In this document: positions 63,103 to 64,000 of the stretch, piece after piece
Position numbering within the stretch: the first letter of the stretch is position 1
How the letters are laid out: every line of letters starts with the position of its first letter
Source: Xylographa opegraphella
Lineage: Eukaryota
Assembly (NCBI GenBank): GCA_022813865.1
Contig: JALDZX010000024.1
Coordinates: forward strand, 1-64,000
Reading direction: 5' to 3'
Length of the DNA: 64,000 nt
Notes under the pieces: generated by a model
Seen by the model: the letters and a program-made list of their open reading frames with translations, nothing else
The model's database searches: none
What the model was told of the DNA's origin: nothing
Made by a program: the position numbers and the translations under genes

Positions 63103-64000
63103 GAGTAGAATTGAAGGCTTATTGAATTATTGTACTGGTTTTGAATCCTGAGACACAAGGCTGTAGCTGTGGCACGGGAGGGAACTTTTCGTATCAGATG
63201 TGATCAGTATTCTTAACATGATTATGTAGCAGTAAATATGGCTTTCAAGGCCTTCATCCCTCCCGAAAGAGATCTCTGGTCTGGTGTACATTCGCTGCCG
63301 AACTGATCTTAGGCGATCGTGAGCACGCATAGAGATCCTCATGGGACCTGAACAAACACTGATACACTCCAAAAGGAGGTCTGTTCCGAGACTCTAATGA
63401 TTGCCTGTAAAGACATTGTTGAAGAACGAAAGACTTTTTCTGTCCGCAAGGATTTAAAGCCGAATGGATTTCTTGGCATCGCGCTAGTACAAAGCCCGGA
63501 CGCGATTCTGTTTGAGCGGTGCTCTGTTTGGGAAGATATTCAGATGCTCTGAAACAACAAGTCTTCCACCCCCTGATACCAGCTGCTGCTGGGAGTTGCG
63601 GGACTCTGGCGCTACCTGAACTACTACTTTTCTATGCAGACCTGTGCCCTCTCTTGAGGCGTGTAATACTTCATGATGGCAAGCAGAGTACCAGTAATGA
63701 TTTCCAACTTAGCCACTGGTGCTTTGCTGATCTATTATAGCAAACAGCGAGAGAAGAGAGCTGGGATAGTTTACACGTTGGTTACATGGCACATGTTATG
63801 CAGGAATTGCTATGACTAACGAGAATGTCTCCATAGTACTCTGAGGCTTCAAATGCCTCCAGCCGGGAAGAAGCGTCCGAAGAAGCCAATGTCGAAGCTC
63901 TAAGGTCGCCGCCAGCCTTTCTAACCGTCGGCGACGTTCAACGGGCCATACATCCTCTCCGGGCTACGGCAGACCGTGTAGGGCAACAAGTGGAACGGTT

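Noticed and set aside
63127..64000. 3' part of a minus-strand gene at the window end
   Set aside because: Some splice-like sites are present but no convincing frame or homology.

Overview
Intron-containing filamentous ascomycete (Pezizomycotina) DNA. Conserved housekeeping genes: dim-5/clr4, RRP1, sphingoid-base kinase, MAK21, a hotdog thioesterase, SCY1, BAT, MET14, VMA5, a fused succinyl-CoA-ligase-like gene, a SUZ-C protein, SMT3 and CMC4. These are interrupted by accessory blocks. (i) ~10.3-23 kb holds a NACHT-TPR NLR-like gene facing a small orphan gene, and a C2H2 factor with two degenerate homeodomain-like repeats. (ii) ~29.6-49.5 kb holds AT-rich and possible retroelement debris, a scaffold N, a 945-aa orphan whose repeat period shrinks in 30-bp steps, a MYND pseudogene, a membrane-protein gene with a premature stop, and a Clr5-ankyrin gene facing an 88-aa micro-protein. 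(iii) ~50.7-52.8 kb holds secreted Apple/PAN-like genes built from symmetric phase-1 exons, including one domain absent from the ORF track. All gene models were spliced by eye from GT/AG sites, branch points and frame; none is confirmed by RNA data or database searches. No tRNA, rRNA or CRISPR array was recognised.
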